This document shows positions 52,661-64,000 of a stretch of 64,000 bases of DNA, in pieces (position 1 is the stretch's first letter; every line of letters starts with the position of its first letter). A model generated the notes under the pieces. The model was given only the letters and a program-made list of their open reading frames with translations, was not told the DNA's origin and made no database searches. A program made the translations under genes and the position numbers. Source of the stretch: Octopus vulgaris (taxonomy: Eukaryota); the NCBI GenBank assembly GCA_951406725.2, contig OX597820.1, positions 28,148,001 to 28,212,000 of the forward strand, written 5' to 3'.

Positions 52661-53122
52661 ATTTACATATATGCATAATCAAACCTTTTATATATATATA
52701 TATAGATAGATACATAGACAGACAGAGAGACAGACAGAGGGGGAGTGTAGCATACATACATATATGAGGATGACGGATTCATACTCGTGTGTTCATACCA
52801 CATGTAGGTTTTCCCTCATTAATCTTCGTTGTATTGCTCTGTATGTTGCCGCTTACCGACCTATATAACATTTTACAGAATATATTCCTATAAATAAAAT
52901 AATGCCATAAGTACTTTTAAGGGTTGTAACAATGAGGCCAATATGTAAATTAGCTTCGTATAAAGATATGCAGAGATTTTGTATGTAATTCATTTATGAA
53001 TTCTATTGTTGGAGAAGCGAATTTGAACAGAAACTGCAAATATATACCTTCCGAAATCTATGTATTGCAACATAAACATTAATTTATTGATTTTCAAATA
53101 GCTAAATATGTGCTCAATGTTT

Positions 53123-53160
<38 letters not shown>

Positions 53161-53649
53161 TATGTGTGTGTGTGTGTGTCTATGTATGTATATATATACA
53201 CAAACATATATATATATATATGTATGTATGTATTATGTATGTATGTATGTATGTATGTATGTATACGTGTGTGTTTGTCTGTGTTTGCTTGAGTGTATGT
53301 GTTTATGTATAAAATACACACAGATAATGGATTTTCTACATTTATTGAAGGCTTACAAACGAAAGCTTTTAATAGGCATATTAGGTCCATTATTTCGGAG
53401 GATTTTCTTCATCACTCTGTAACATCATAGCAATTTACCTTGATTGCAGGACCGCAGGTTTCCAAATTTTACTGATGATCAGATTTGAGTTTGGATCACC
53501 TGGATTTCAAACTTTATCGCAAAAGTTTTTCTTAGTACATCTTTATATGCAGAAAGCTAATGAAATGTGTCACCCGGATAGCTACTCTATTATTAATCCC
53601 TCCTTTATATAACTCACACACACACAAACACACATACATATATATAGAG

Positions 53650-53978
53650 AAGGCACATAGCTCAGTGGTTAGAGCGTCGGGCTTACAAACATGAGGTGGT
53701 GAGTTTAGATTCCCGGACTTTGCTTTATATTTTGTTCTAGAACGAAACAGTGTATTTCACGTTACCCCAGTTCACTCAGATTTAGAAATGAATTGCGACC
53801 TCTCCGGTGTCAAGCTCTATCAGACTTTGCCTTTCCCTTGGATAACATTGGTGGCGTGGAGAGATGAGACTTGTACATATGAAAGACAGTTTTCCATAAA
53901 CAATCTTGACCGGACTTGTGCCTCGGAAATTAACTTTGAAGGTCCAATCGCATAGTCATTTATGACCTAAGGGGTTTT
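53650..53978 (+). mobile_element. tRNA-derived SINE
   Basis: ggcacatagctcagtggttagagcgtcgggc...gagtttagattcccgg head with a non-tRNA body ending at (TA)n. Confidence 0.75.
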
Positions 53979-53981
53979 ATA

Positions 53982-54040
<59 letters not shown>

Positions 54041-54112
54041 ATGTATGTGTGTGTGTGTGTGTGTGTCCGCGTGCGTTTGTCTGTGTAAAACAATATATAT
54101 ATATATATATAT

Positions 54113-54284
54113 ATATTGTTATATTTCGGAATGGTCATATTGCCAGTTTAGCCAATAAAAACACACGCACTATATATTTGGTGTTATTTTGCTTCAGTGA
54201 TATTTATTTTTTACATTAATCTTAATCTTATTTCGGCCAAACTGGCTAAACTGGCAATATGACCATTCCGAAATATAACAATAT
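54113..54284. repeat. Foldback with perfect ~42-bp inverted arms inside (TA)n
   Basis: atattgttatatttcggaatggtcatattgccagtttagcca and tggctaaactggcaatatgaccattccgaaatataacaatat. Confidence 0.95.
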
Positions 54285-54337
54285 CTGTTTCAACACACGA
54301 CTTCACATAAAAAATCTTGCACAACAAATATTTAAAC

Positions 54338-54382
<45 letters not shown>

Positions 54383-54385
<3 letters not shown>

Positions 54386-54660
54386 AACAAAGAAACACAC
54401 AGCTTAAATAGTTCTAATATATTCTATATCAAAGAGTATCGTGGTTGTCGACTGGTTTCACGTTCGCTAATCATGACATGGAAATTATTATGATTTCGTA
54501 TTTTCTTAAAGAGATTTTACTCCATGTTCTTAAGAAAATACGAATTCACAATAATTTCATTGTGATGATGAGCGAAAGCGAAACCGGTCTGTAACACAAT
54601 ACTCATTCATTTTATATATTAAAACTATGTAAACTGAGTGTTTTCCTTCTTTTATTATAT
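54383..54660. repeat. Foldback element (~125-bp arms) with a minimal hammerhead-like motif in each arm
   Basis: Arms 54383-54509 and 54530-54660. The + arm has atgatga-gc-gaaa-gc-gaaa-ccggtc (54565-54589); the - arm reads tgtc-atgatta-gc-gaac-gt-gaaa-ccagtc-gaca. Confidence 0.75.
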
Positions 54661-54746
54661 ATTTAATTTTTGCATTACAATTTATCACGTGGGAAAAATC
54701 GAAATTCTCTTCCTCCTTTTCTTACTACATATGTGTGAGTGTGTAT

Positions 54747-54786
<40 letters not shown>

Positions 54787-55544
54787 GTGCGTGTCTGCAC
54801 AGTATGGCCGAATGATTAAATTATTTCTGCAATGACGTTGTACCGGTATCGATCACGCAGTGGGGCATCATAGCAAAATATCATTTTATCTACCATCCGT
54901 CCCATCATTCCTTGTTTATTGAAATTGGCTACATGGAAATTATATCGGAGCACATCAGGTGGATTTAGCCTCTTGTACATGTATTCGTTTATTTGTAACA
55001 TGCACGAAACTCTCAGCTAAATTTTTTTGCCATTTTAAAACTATATTTACTCATATACTGTTTTCTATTCTTTCTCTTATTCCCACTATAGTTATACGCA
55101 TACGCATAGACATGCGCAAGTATAAACACTCATGCACATCCATACATGTGTGTGTGTGTGTGTGTGTGTCAAAACTGGCGGTAAACATCACGTTATATCA
55201 TCAAATACCAAGGTACGTTTAAAGGTTGTTATTGTTCGTAACCACAGCACCGGACTTTCTACGAACAGCCTGGCTGCGCACAAGCTGGATGCTAAACGAC
55301 AACGGAATATCAAGGGAGCACTTTATTGCATTCTGTTTCAAAGATCAAGCGCCAAAAGTTGCACACTGCTGACAAAGCTTTTTATAAGTGTGCCGCGAGG
55401 GAGAAATATAGAAGGGAAATAGCCGAGAGAAATAGAAAGAAGGGGGTGAGAGAGAATCATGAACACAGAGCAATAGAGAGAATGCGTAGAGTGAGAGAGA
55501 GAAAATCACACACAGCGTATTATGCGTGTGTGTGTGTTTGTGTG

Positions 55545-55912
55545 TCGTCGTGGCACTCCCTCAGTTACAACAAGGGTTCCAGTTGAACCAATCAACGGAA
55601 CAGCCTGCTCGTGAAATTAACATGCTAGTGGCTGAGCACTCCTCAGGCACGTGCATCCTTTAACGTAGTTCTTGGGGAGATTCAGCGTGTCGCAGAGTGT
55701 GACAAGCCTGGCCATTTGAAATATAGATAAAACAGAAACAGGAAGAAAGTTTGAGAGAAAGTAGTCGATTACATGTACCCCTTTGCAGAATTGATACTTA
55801 TTTTGTGAAAACCCAAGTCACTCTCAGCGGAATTTGATCTTAGAACGTAAAGCTGGAAGAAATACTGCATCTTGTCCGGCGTAGTAATGACTCTGCCTGC
55901 TTACCCGCCTTA
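55545..55912 (-). mobile_element. Family D SINE-like piece followed by a diverged family A SINE
   Basis: Homology to 50120-50430, then cggaatttga..t.agaacgta...ctctgcc.gct..ccgcct. Confidence 0.75.
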
Positions 55913-56672
55913 CACATACATATATAAGCTTCAAAAACCTTTTGGTGAACATTATCCAACTGAAGTGCCGAGACTATTGCTTGAAGCGAACATAACATAT
56001 GATTACGTTTAATATTACGACCGCAAACTTGAAGTGAAACATAATTACTTAAAATTGAGTTTAACTTGAAAAAATCGGCGAATAGTGCTAGTGTTTATAT
56101 AATTTGCAGACAGAGTTTTTTTAGATTATAACGTTTCACTTCATTTTCTTTTTCATATTATTTGGTATAGTAGTAATGTTTTCTATTCAGCATCTATATT
56201 GCTGAGTAAGCGTCTATGCTTTAGTGTCGATAATCAATATATTTAGCGCAAGAATCAGGTGTTTCATTAACCTGGTGTCTATCGCTATGCAAAGAAAACT
56301 ATGTATGTAATACAAAATGTATCTTTGATTTAATTTATCCTCTGATTACTATATTAATTATTGGTCTGATGTAGGCTCATTCATTTCTGTTTGAACAGAT
56401 ATATGGTTCAAAGTTAGGTTATAACACAAACTATTTCCATATAGATTGTTAGACATCCATGTTTTCCATCAAGATAAAAGGGACCCGTTTTATATATTGC
56501 GAAGGTCAAATGATTAGCTCAGTAATTGATAGATTTTATGTCGGAAGCTCAATTATCATGATTCCAAGTTATTCATGTTGTTGAAAGACAGCTGTAGTAT
56601 ATAATTATCAATGAATATTTCTGATACAAAGGCTGTTTCAACATCTGCTGGCCAAAATTCTTTTACATGAAT

Positions 56673-56703
<31 letters not shown>

Positions 56704-56719
56704 TATGCCAACTGATATA

Positions 56720-56909
56720 TCTTTTACTTGTTACAGTCATGTGACTGTGGACATACTGAAGCACCGCCTTTAGTCGAGCAAATCGACCCCAGGAATTATT
56801 CTTTGTAAGCCTAATACTTATACTTTTGTCGAACCGCTAAGTTAGGGGGGACGTAAACACACCACCATCGGTTGTGAAGCGATGTTGGGGGGACAAGCAC
56901 AGACACACA

Positions 56910-56949
<40 letters not shown>

Positions 56950-57092
56950 GTACGCCGGGCTTCTTCAGTTTCCACCAACTAAATCCACTCACAAGGCTTT
57001 GGTCGGCCCGAGGTTGCCCAAGGTGCCACGCAGTGGGACTGAACCCGGAACCATGTGGTTCGTATGCAAGCTACTTACCACACATCCACTCC
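56720..57092 (-). mobile_element. Family B SINE
   Basis: Same tail, body, internal (TA)n and head as 51245-51675. Confidence 0.9.
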
Positions 57093-57789
57093 TAGTTTTA
57101 TATAAGAAATTATTTTGTGCAGTAACTATATGTCGTTTATTATTCTTATGTATAATTAAATATTTTTTAACGCTAATAAGTTGCTGAAGTGCAGGTCTTC
57201 CGAGAATATTTCATGGAAACAAGGTACATAGACCGGATGCTTGACACAGAGTAGTCTTCCCTAAAGACGTATAAGATTTGTTAACTAAGCGAAGTTTGTT
57301 AAAGAGCAACCGTATTGACCTCTGAGACTTTCTAAATTTTCCTTCAGTAATATTTGGAAGGCTTGAATCGATTCGAGACTTTGGTACAAGAAATATCTCC
57401 AACGTTTCGTGCAGCGAAATCAAATATAAATCTATGCCCTTGTGGTGCGGAGTTCCTAACCGCACTTCCTTTTATTTTCCCACACAAAAATGATAAATAA
57501 TCTATAGATTGATATATCAACTCGTCACTAGAACCGACTCGCCCATATACATACAGTTTGATTTCTATCACATCTATTTTACCTATTATTACATCTGCTT
57601 CTTTCGCTTACCATGCTAGTATCACCTTTCCGTATCCTGCTACATTGCAATTAACTCACATCATGCCTCTTATTTATTACCACTAACCCTATCTAAACAC
57701 ACCCCTGTTCCCTTCTTTACTCGTAGAAACTGCACCCTATCTAACTCAACGTCTGCCTAAATTTCTCCTATCGGAAACATTTTTAAAAA

Positions 57790-57866
57790 TTTTATTTTAT
57801 CTAGTTTCAGCTCACGAGCTGTGGCCATGCTGGGGCACCGCCATTTGCAAGGGCACCGCCATTTTG
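57790..57866 (-). mobile_element. Extremely 5'-truncated 3' end of the CR1-group LINE family
   Basis: Reverse complement aaatggcggtgccccagcatggccacagctcgtgagctgaaactagataaaataaaa closely matches the LINE 3'UTR at 26289-26340. Confidence 0.85.
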
Positions 57867-59263
57867 CTGGGCCATTGCAAAATTCCACATCGACTCATAT
57901 TTAATGATGCTTTCTGTCTAAAAGATTTACAATGCTCGTGTTCACTGGCTTTCCCACCAGACAAAATAGAACACAGCAAGGTTTATTCCTGTATAATTAT
58001 TACAACCGTTGGCTATTAGTTTCAATATTTGTACCAAATTCTTGCTATAAATATAAGTGTACAATCTTATGGCTTTAAACAGACACTGTGAATATTTATT
58101 CTTCAGATTCATATGTGTCTATCGTGATGGGTACGTGATAAATGATTATTACGATATCTTTTACAGTTTGCTATGACTTACTTAGTTAGATATATTGCTA
58201 TTTAATATGATCAAAGATGAATGCAGAGGAATTTGGTAGGCTTTAAAAACAGACAAAACAAAACAAATTAATGAATGTGAGAAGCTGAAACGTATGGCTT
58301 ATATGGAAAATAAGAGATAAAGAAAGAGGGAAATGGTTGAGAGGGAGAGAGACTGTAGCAAATGGAAAGATGAAGAGAGAAAGACATGGAGAGATAAAGA
58401 GATACAGAGTGATAGAGACAGGTTAGACAGAGACAGTCAGAAAGACACAAAGGGTGATAAGATATTATAATGAATGGCAAAATGGCAAAGGCGTTTTCCT
58501 AAACAAATTACATAGCGGGAGCTACTACATGGTTGACTGAGTAGCTAGAAATAGCATCCTAATGTAAAATGACCCTTAAATTGAACCCCGTTGTCTATAA
58601 ATATGAAGGCTGCATTTTATGTTTTATTGCTAAATAAATTTATTAAAAATATATATGAGATGTTTAGAGACCTGCTGGTTCTCATCTGAGTCGATGCCAG
58701 ACGACAACAGCACATAAATTTCGTGGTTAGGAATTTAACTGACACTACAGACGAACGTTCTGCAAATTATTGATTCAATGCTCCAACAAAAAGTCGTACA
58801 GAAATAATTGATTTTGTTCTTGGAACTTTGACAATTTACTAAAAACTTTATTTCCTTTCCCAAACTTAGTATTCTACATATTCCGATCGAATTTCATGAC
58901 GTATACATACATACATACATACATACACATACACACACACACGCATACATACATACACACACATATATACATACACACATACATACATACATACACACAT
59001 ACATACATACATACATTCATACATACATACATACATACATACACACAAACACATACAAATACAAACTTACATATGAGCGTTTAGAGTTATCTAGTTCGCT
59101 CTCTTTATTTTTTTAGGCATACCTTTGCAATTTCTATTTTCGTGATAAATACTGACACTTTCAATAGCATTTATGCAATAAAATGGCCGATGCTACAAAA
59201 CGGATTCTGATAACAATACGTTGTTCAATCTATATTTAATATACGCCATCATTCGTAGTGAAA

Positions 59264-59831
59264 TATTGGTTTGTCCGGAAAGTTCGCGCCGATTTTTAAA
59301 GGAAAGAAAAAGGTCAATAAATACATGCCATTACATTTTTAATCAACCAAATATGAATTGTTTTGTTGCACAATGCGTCTCCATCTTTCCTTTAACTTCA
59401 AAATACCGTCTTCCCAGAATTGAGGGGGTTTCATGGCAAAGAATTCATAAAGTTATCTTTATACGTCATACAAGGAATTGAAATTTTTACCATTTACTAT
59501 TTTGCAGGGATCTGAATAAGTGGAAATCCGAAGGAGCAATATCTTGTGAATATGGAGGGTGAGGTAACACATCCCAGCCGAGCTGCAGCAATTTTTGTCT
59601 GGTTCTCAAAGCATCAAGTGACGAAAATGAACATTTTTATCTTCCATTTTAAAGGGTTCCATAATTAACACAGGTTATAGGAACATAAATCTTCTTCCAC
59701 GGAAAGATAGCTTAAACTGTGTTCTAAATGAAGGTGTAGTCAAATCGTATTTTATGGACTCGAACATGTTCTAAAATAAGTCGAAACCTAAGATACTATA
59801 AATCGGCACGAGCTTTCCGGACAACACAATA
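59264..59831 (-). mobile_element. Complete internally deleted mariner (MITE-like, ~570 bp) with both TIRs and TA duplication
   Basis: TA-ttggtttgtccggaaagttcgcgccgattt and aaatcggcacgagctttccggacaacacaa-TA. Retains only the transposase C-terminus (HPPYSQDIAPSDFHLFRSL). Confidence 0.9.
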
Positions 59832-59849
59832 CATTGTCAGCATGCTGAT

Positions 59850-60085
59850 ATGGCAAGCTGGCGCAATCGTTAGTATGCCGCACAAAATACATCGCAGCAT
59901 TCTTCCAGATCTACGTTCTGTGTTCAAATTCTGACGAAGTCCACTTTGACATTCATATTTTCAGGGTCGAAAAAATAAATACCAGTTAAATACTGGCGTA
60001 AATAAAATAAGTGCCAGTTGAGCGCTGACGTCGATTTAACCGAATATCAACTTTCAGGGCATGTGCCTTTAATGGAAATGATCAT
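59850..60085 (+). mobile_element. Diverged family A SINE
   Basis: ggcaagctggcgcaatcgttag...gttctgtgttcaaattc...cattcat...gggtcga. Confidence 0.75.
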
Positions 60086-60484
60086 ATGCGTTAACTTCAT
60101 CCTTCCTTCCTTCCTTCCTTCCTTCCTTCTTTGGTTTCCTTCTTTCTCCCATCCTTTCCTTCTTTCCTTTTCGCTTTCTTTCTTTCTTTCATTCTTTCTT
60201 TCTAGTAAAAAACGACATTCATGTATTTCTCAGAACATTGTCTCCGAAGAAATTGAATTGAAAGTAATATATATTTATGTGTGAAATTACATCTATGCAG
60301 ATATACACAAACACACACACACATACACATACATATACACGTACACACACACATACACACACTCACACATGTTTGATCGCACATACGTACATACACATCT
60401 TCGTATCATACAAAAACACAGAAGCAGCTGTACTACATACGCATAAATATGAATCAACGCACACCGGCACAGACACAACACACA

Positions 60485-60521
<37 letters not shown>

Positions 60522-61997
60522 ACATACATATACATATATACATACGCATAGCTATTGGAATACATATATACGTATGTACATTTGCGTCAATTTATACCTA
60601 CTTACATACATATATGCATGTATATATATATATATATATATATATATGCTTATGTATATATGCACATACATATATACATATATATATGTGATATACATAC
60701 ATATATATATATACATATATATATGTGATATACATACATATATATTTATGTATATATATATGTATGTATGTATGTATGTATATATTCATATGTACACATA
60801 TATATAATTTATTTAATATAACAAAATAAAAGATATAAACCCTGGATGATATAATTAAATCTGCTTGCTAATATGGCGTTTACACTATACATTCTAGTCT
60901 AAATCGGCTGTTAACGATTGAAGTGAAGACATCTCTAATGAAATGAAGCCAGACGAACTGGCAATGAAATTGGCATAAGTTTTCTCTGCTATAATTGCTT
61001 TCTTAGTATGTGTAGTCTAAACCCATCACCATCACCACCACCATTTCCATAACCGCTATCACTACCACCACCACCACCACCATCACCACGCATCCTTGCG
61101 CGGAATTTACCTCAATTGAAACAGAAATGTTTAAAGTACGCTGGAGACTACCATATTTTATCAAGTGAAGAATTTTATTACCTTTATTTCCGAATTGCTT
61201 TGAAGTGTTTAAAACATTACTAAAACAAAGACAAAAAATATTGTATATATATATATATATATATATGTAAGTAGAAATCATACGCTTTGTAGATTTATTT
61301 TGCTAAGAAAATGAAACAATGTGGATTTAGAGGTAAATCTAACAAAGACCACAGTAACTATTTTATTCAAGATATCCAACTGAGCAGAATGAAAAATGTA
61401 AACAATAATTAGATGCAACCAGGTGTATGTCTTCCTGATGAAACTTTTTGCGAAGCAGCGATACTATAAAAGTGAATTAGCTGTGTTTGGACAGCAGTAA
61501 TCTATTAAACGCTCTTGGTATTGTTAAGTTCCAAAAACATTTATTATAGTCCTGGTATCTGCCGCAGCTGGATCTATAGCGTATGGGAGATTTGGCTGAA
61601 AAATAATCCAGATTTCGCTGTCGTTTAAATGCAACGTGTCTATGTTGAAACATATCAATACACCAGCAATTTTCTGCTCCGTTGGACACTAAATAAATCA
61701 TTATGTTACGTTTACAGTTAGTAGAAGGGGTTGGCGAGAATTTCCATTCATAATTAAACAGCAGATTTAAAAACTTAAATAGCATTATAGTGTTGATATT
61801 TTCTTCACCTTTTCTTACAGTTTACAACATTCTGCATAGACCATATTCACTGCTTTCTTGTATATAGTAATTTCGCTTCGAGTATTTATATTTCCTCTAC
61901 ATTTAAGCTCATGTGTCTAACCTTATATTTAAATAAAAAATTAAGGCTATTTGCTCTATTCAGCATGTATATGGAGTTGAAATAAATGTTTACTACA

Positions 61998-62300
61998 TGC
62001 TTGGTGTAATGGATAGTGTATTCATCTCACAATCGTAAAGTTGTGAGTTCGACTCCCGGCAGAGCGTTGTGTCCTTGAGCAAGACAATTTATTTCACATT
62101 GCTGCAGTTCACTCCCCTGGCAAATATGAGTTGTATCTGTATTTCAAAGGGCCAGCCATGTCACATTCTGTATCACGTATTAATCTCCTTGAGAACTACT
62201 TCAAGGGTACGTGTGTCTGTAGAGTGCTCAGTCACTTGCACATTAATTTCAGTTGATAGGATCAACTGGAACCCTCATCGTCGTAAGTGACGGAGTTCCA
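61998..62300 (+). mobile_element. tRNA-derived SINE, family D
   Basis: tggtgtaatggatag...gagttcgactccc head and gtgtccttgagcaagaca core; the 3' part is the reverse complement of the 50120 and 55545 copies. Confidence 0.8.
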
Positions 62301-62689
62301 AGGAAGAACATGCTCAAGTCAACACTAGTTCACATAGAAAAAGTAATATGAAATTTATTATATATTTTTTAGTAGATTCAATCAGTTGTCTGGACGCCAT
62401 GCTGGGGTACTAACTTCCAATATTTAGACAACAAAATCTAACAGCATTATATCAAATTTTTGCTTAATTTATAAAATCCTTTCGGATTGGGACAATTAGT
62501 ATATATTCATGTAGGTGAATAAAGAGTCACAGCTATATACAAACATAGACACATGTACACACGCACATCTATACATAACACAGATGTAAGCGAACAAGGA
62601 AAAGTCGCTTAAACACCTTTAATTCGGCTAATCGTAATACTTGTTCTCTCTGAGTGTACGAAACGGCAGACACTCTGCGACACAAATAA

Positions 62690-62928
<239 letters not shown>

Positions 62929-62929
62929 A

Positions 62930-64000
62930 TGGTTTCTTTGCATTATAAATTTATTTCAGCTGCTTTGTACCGGGCATCCTCCAGAGGTCAAGAGTGGCAA
63001 GGGCACTTTTTTACTATGCATGCTAAAATTATCACCACATTTATTCCATTTTAGATAGAGAGTGCTTTCCGTAGTATATAGGGTTGTATCCATCAAGTTT
63101 ATCATTTGTAATTCACGGAGATTGGAGTTACCAGGGAGTTGATTAATATACTTCTCAGCTCCCTTCTTTATCATCCCCAGCGCCCCAATTACTACTGGTG
63201 TTATCGTAGTATTAAGTTTCCACATTTTTGTGATTTCAATTTGCATATCTTTATAGTGAGAAAGGTTTTCGTATTCTTTTCTTGAAACATTTTGTTACTG
63301 TGGGATAGGCATATCTATTAACAGACAAGTTCTTCTGTCGTAGTCCTTGATCACAATGTCTTTTTGTATTTGGAAGTTCCAATGGATAGTGACGCCCTTG
63401 CCATTTACTACATCCTCTGGATGGCGCCTGTGCCACTTTTCATGGGATTTAATTTTGTAGTATTTACAAGCATTTCAGTGGATGTACTCTCCTAGCCTGT
63501 CATGTCTTATGAGGTACTCCTTTTCAGCGAGGAATGGGCAGCCAGAAACAACATGATCAATTGTGTCTGAGAAATTTCCGCAAATTCTCAACGTGGAATC
63601 ATATCTGGCTTTAAGGACATTTGCATGGTAGTTTCTGGTAGCTAAGCTTTGATCTTGCGCTTTAATAACAAAACTTTCTGTTTCCCCTTTCAGACCTGCT
63701 CCAGTGGTGTGTCAGATTCTGATCAATATCTGACTTGGACAGGCGGTTAGGGTATTTTCCATGCAGGGTTTTTTTTCTTTCTAGTTGTCTTCGATATTAT
63801 TCATGCAAGCTTTCTTTCCTTTTTTTTTCATGTGTTTTTGCATCAGTGATAGGTTTGTCACTACTTGGATCTTGTTAGTCTTTCTGGTTGTTAATTTCTA
63901 AATTAGGAGAAGCAATGATAGATATGCCAGTATTTGGGTGTTTTTGGTCATTCTTATTGTTAACTTGTAGGCCATGAAACTTTTTAAATTTCTGACGAAT
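62930..64000 (-). mobile_element. R4/Dong-like non-LTR retrotransposon 3' region (CCHC plus restriction-like endonuclease), degraded
   Basis: Minus strand: LKGETESFVIKAQDQSLATRNY, RICGNFSDTIDHVVSGC..LAEKEYLIRHD, PVVIGALGMIKK. The 3' end abuts (TAA)n. Confidence 0.85.

Noticed and set aside
60930-60985. ctaatgaa...gccag-acgaa-ctggc..tgaaa hammerhead-like remnant
   Set aside because: The core is mutated and stems I and III cannot be closed; too weak to call.

Overview
AT-rich, microsatellite-dense animal genomic DNA. The SINE families, (TA)n/(CA)n/(GATA)n density and Penelope load point to an octopus/cephalopod genome (inference). I found no host protein-coding exon that I can support, and most ORFs in the track are translated microsatellites. 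The main feature is an apparently full-length, young CR1-group LINE (~21143-26361). It has a ~1.27 kb 5'UTR containing a 7-copy tandem monomer array, an ORF1 combining a Myb/SANT(trihelix)-like domain with a CCCH zinc finger split by a -1 frameshift, an uninterrupted APE+RT ORF2, and a 3' stem-loop plus (AAAATC)n tail. A tRNA-derived SINE family in the window shares that 3' end. Also present: Penelope-like (GIY-YIG/RT) fragments; several short foldback elements in (TA)n tracts, some carrying hammerhead-ribozyme-like cores; three Tc1/mariner families; two non-autonomous Helitrons; an R4/Dong-like RLE retrotransposon 3' end; a very decayed Gypsy-like pol relic (~11.8-15.8 kb); and a 30-bp copy-specific templated insertion apparently copied from a transposon 5.2 kb away. 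All coordinates were read by eye and may be off by a few bases.
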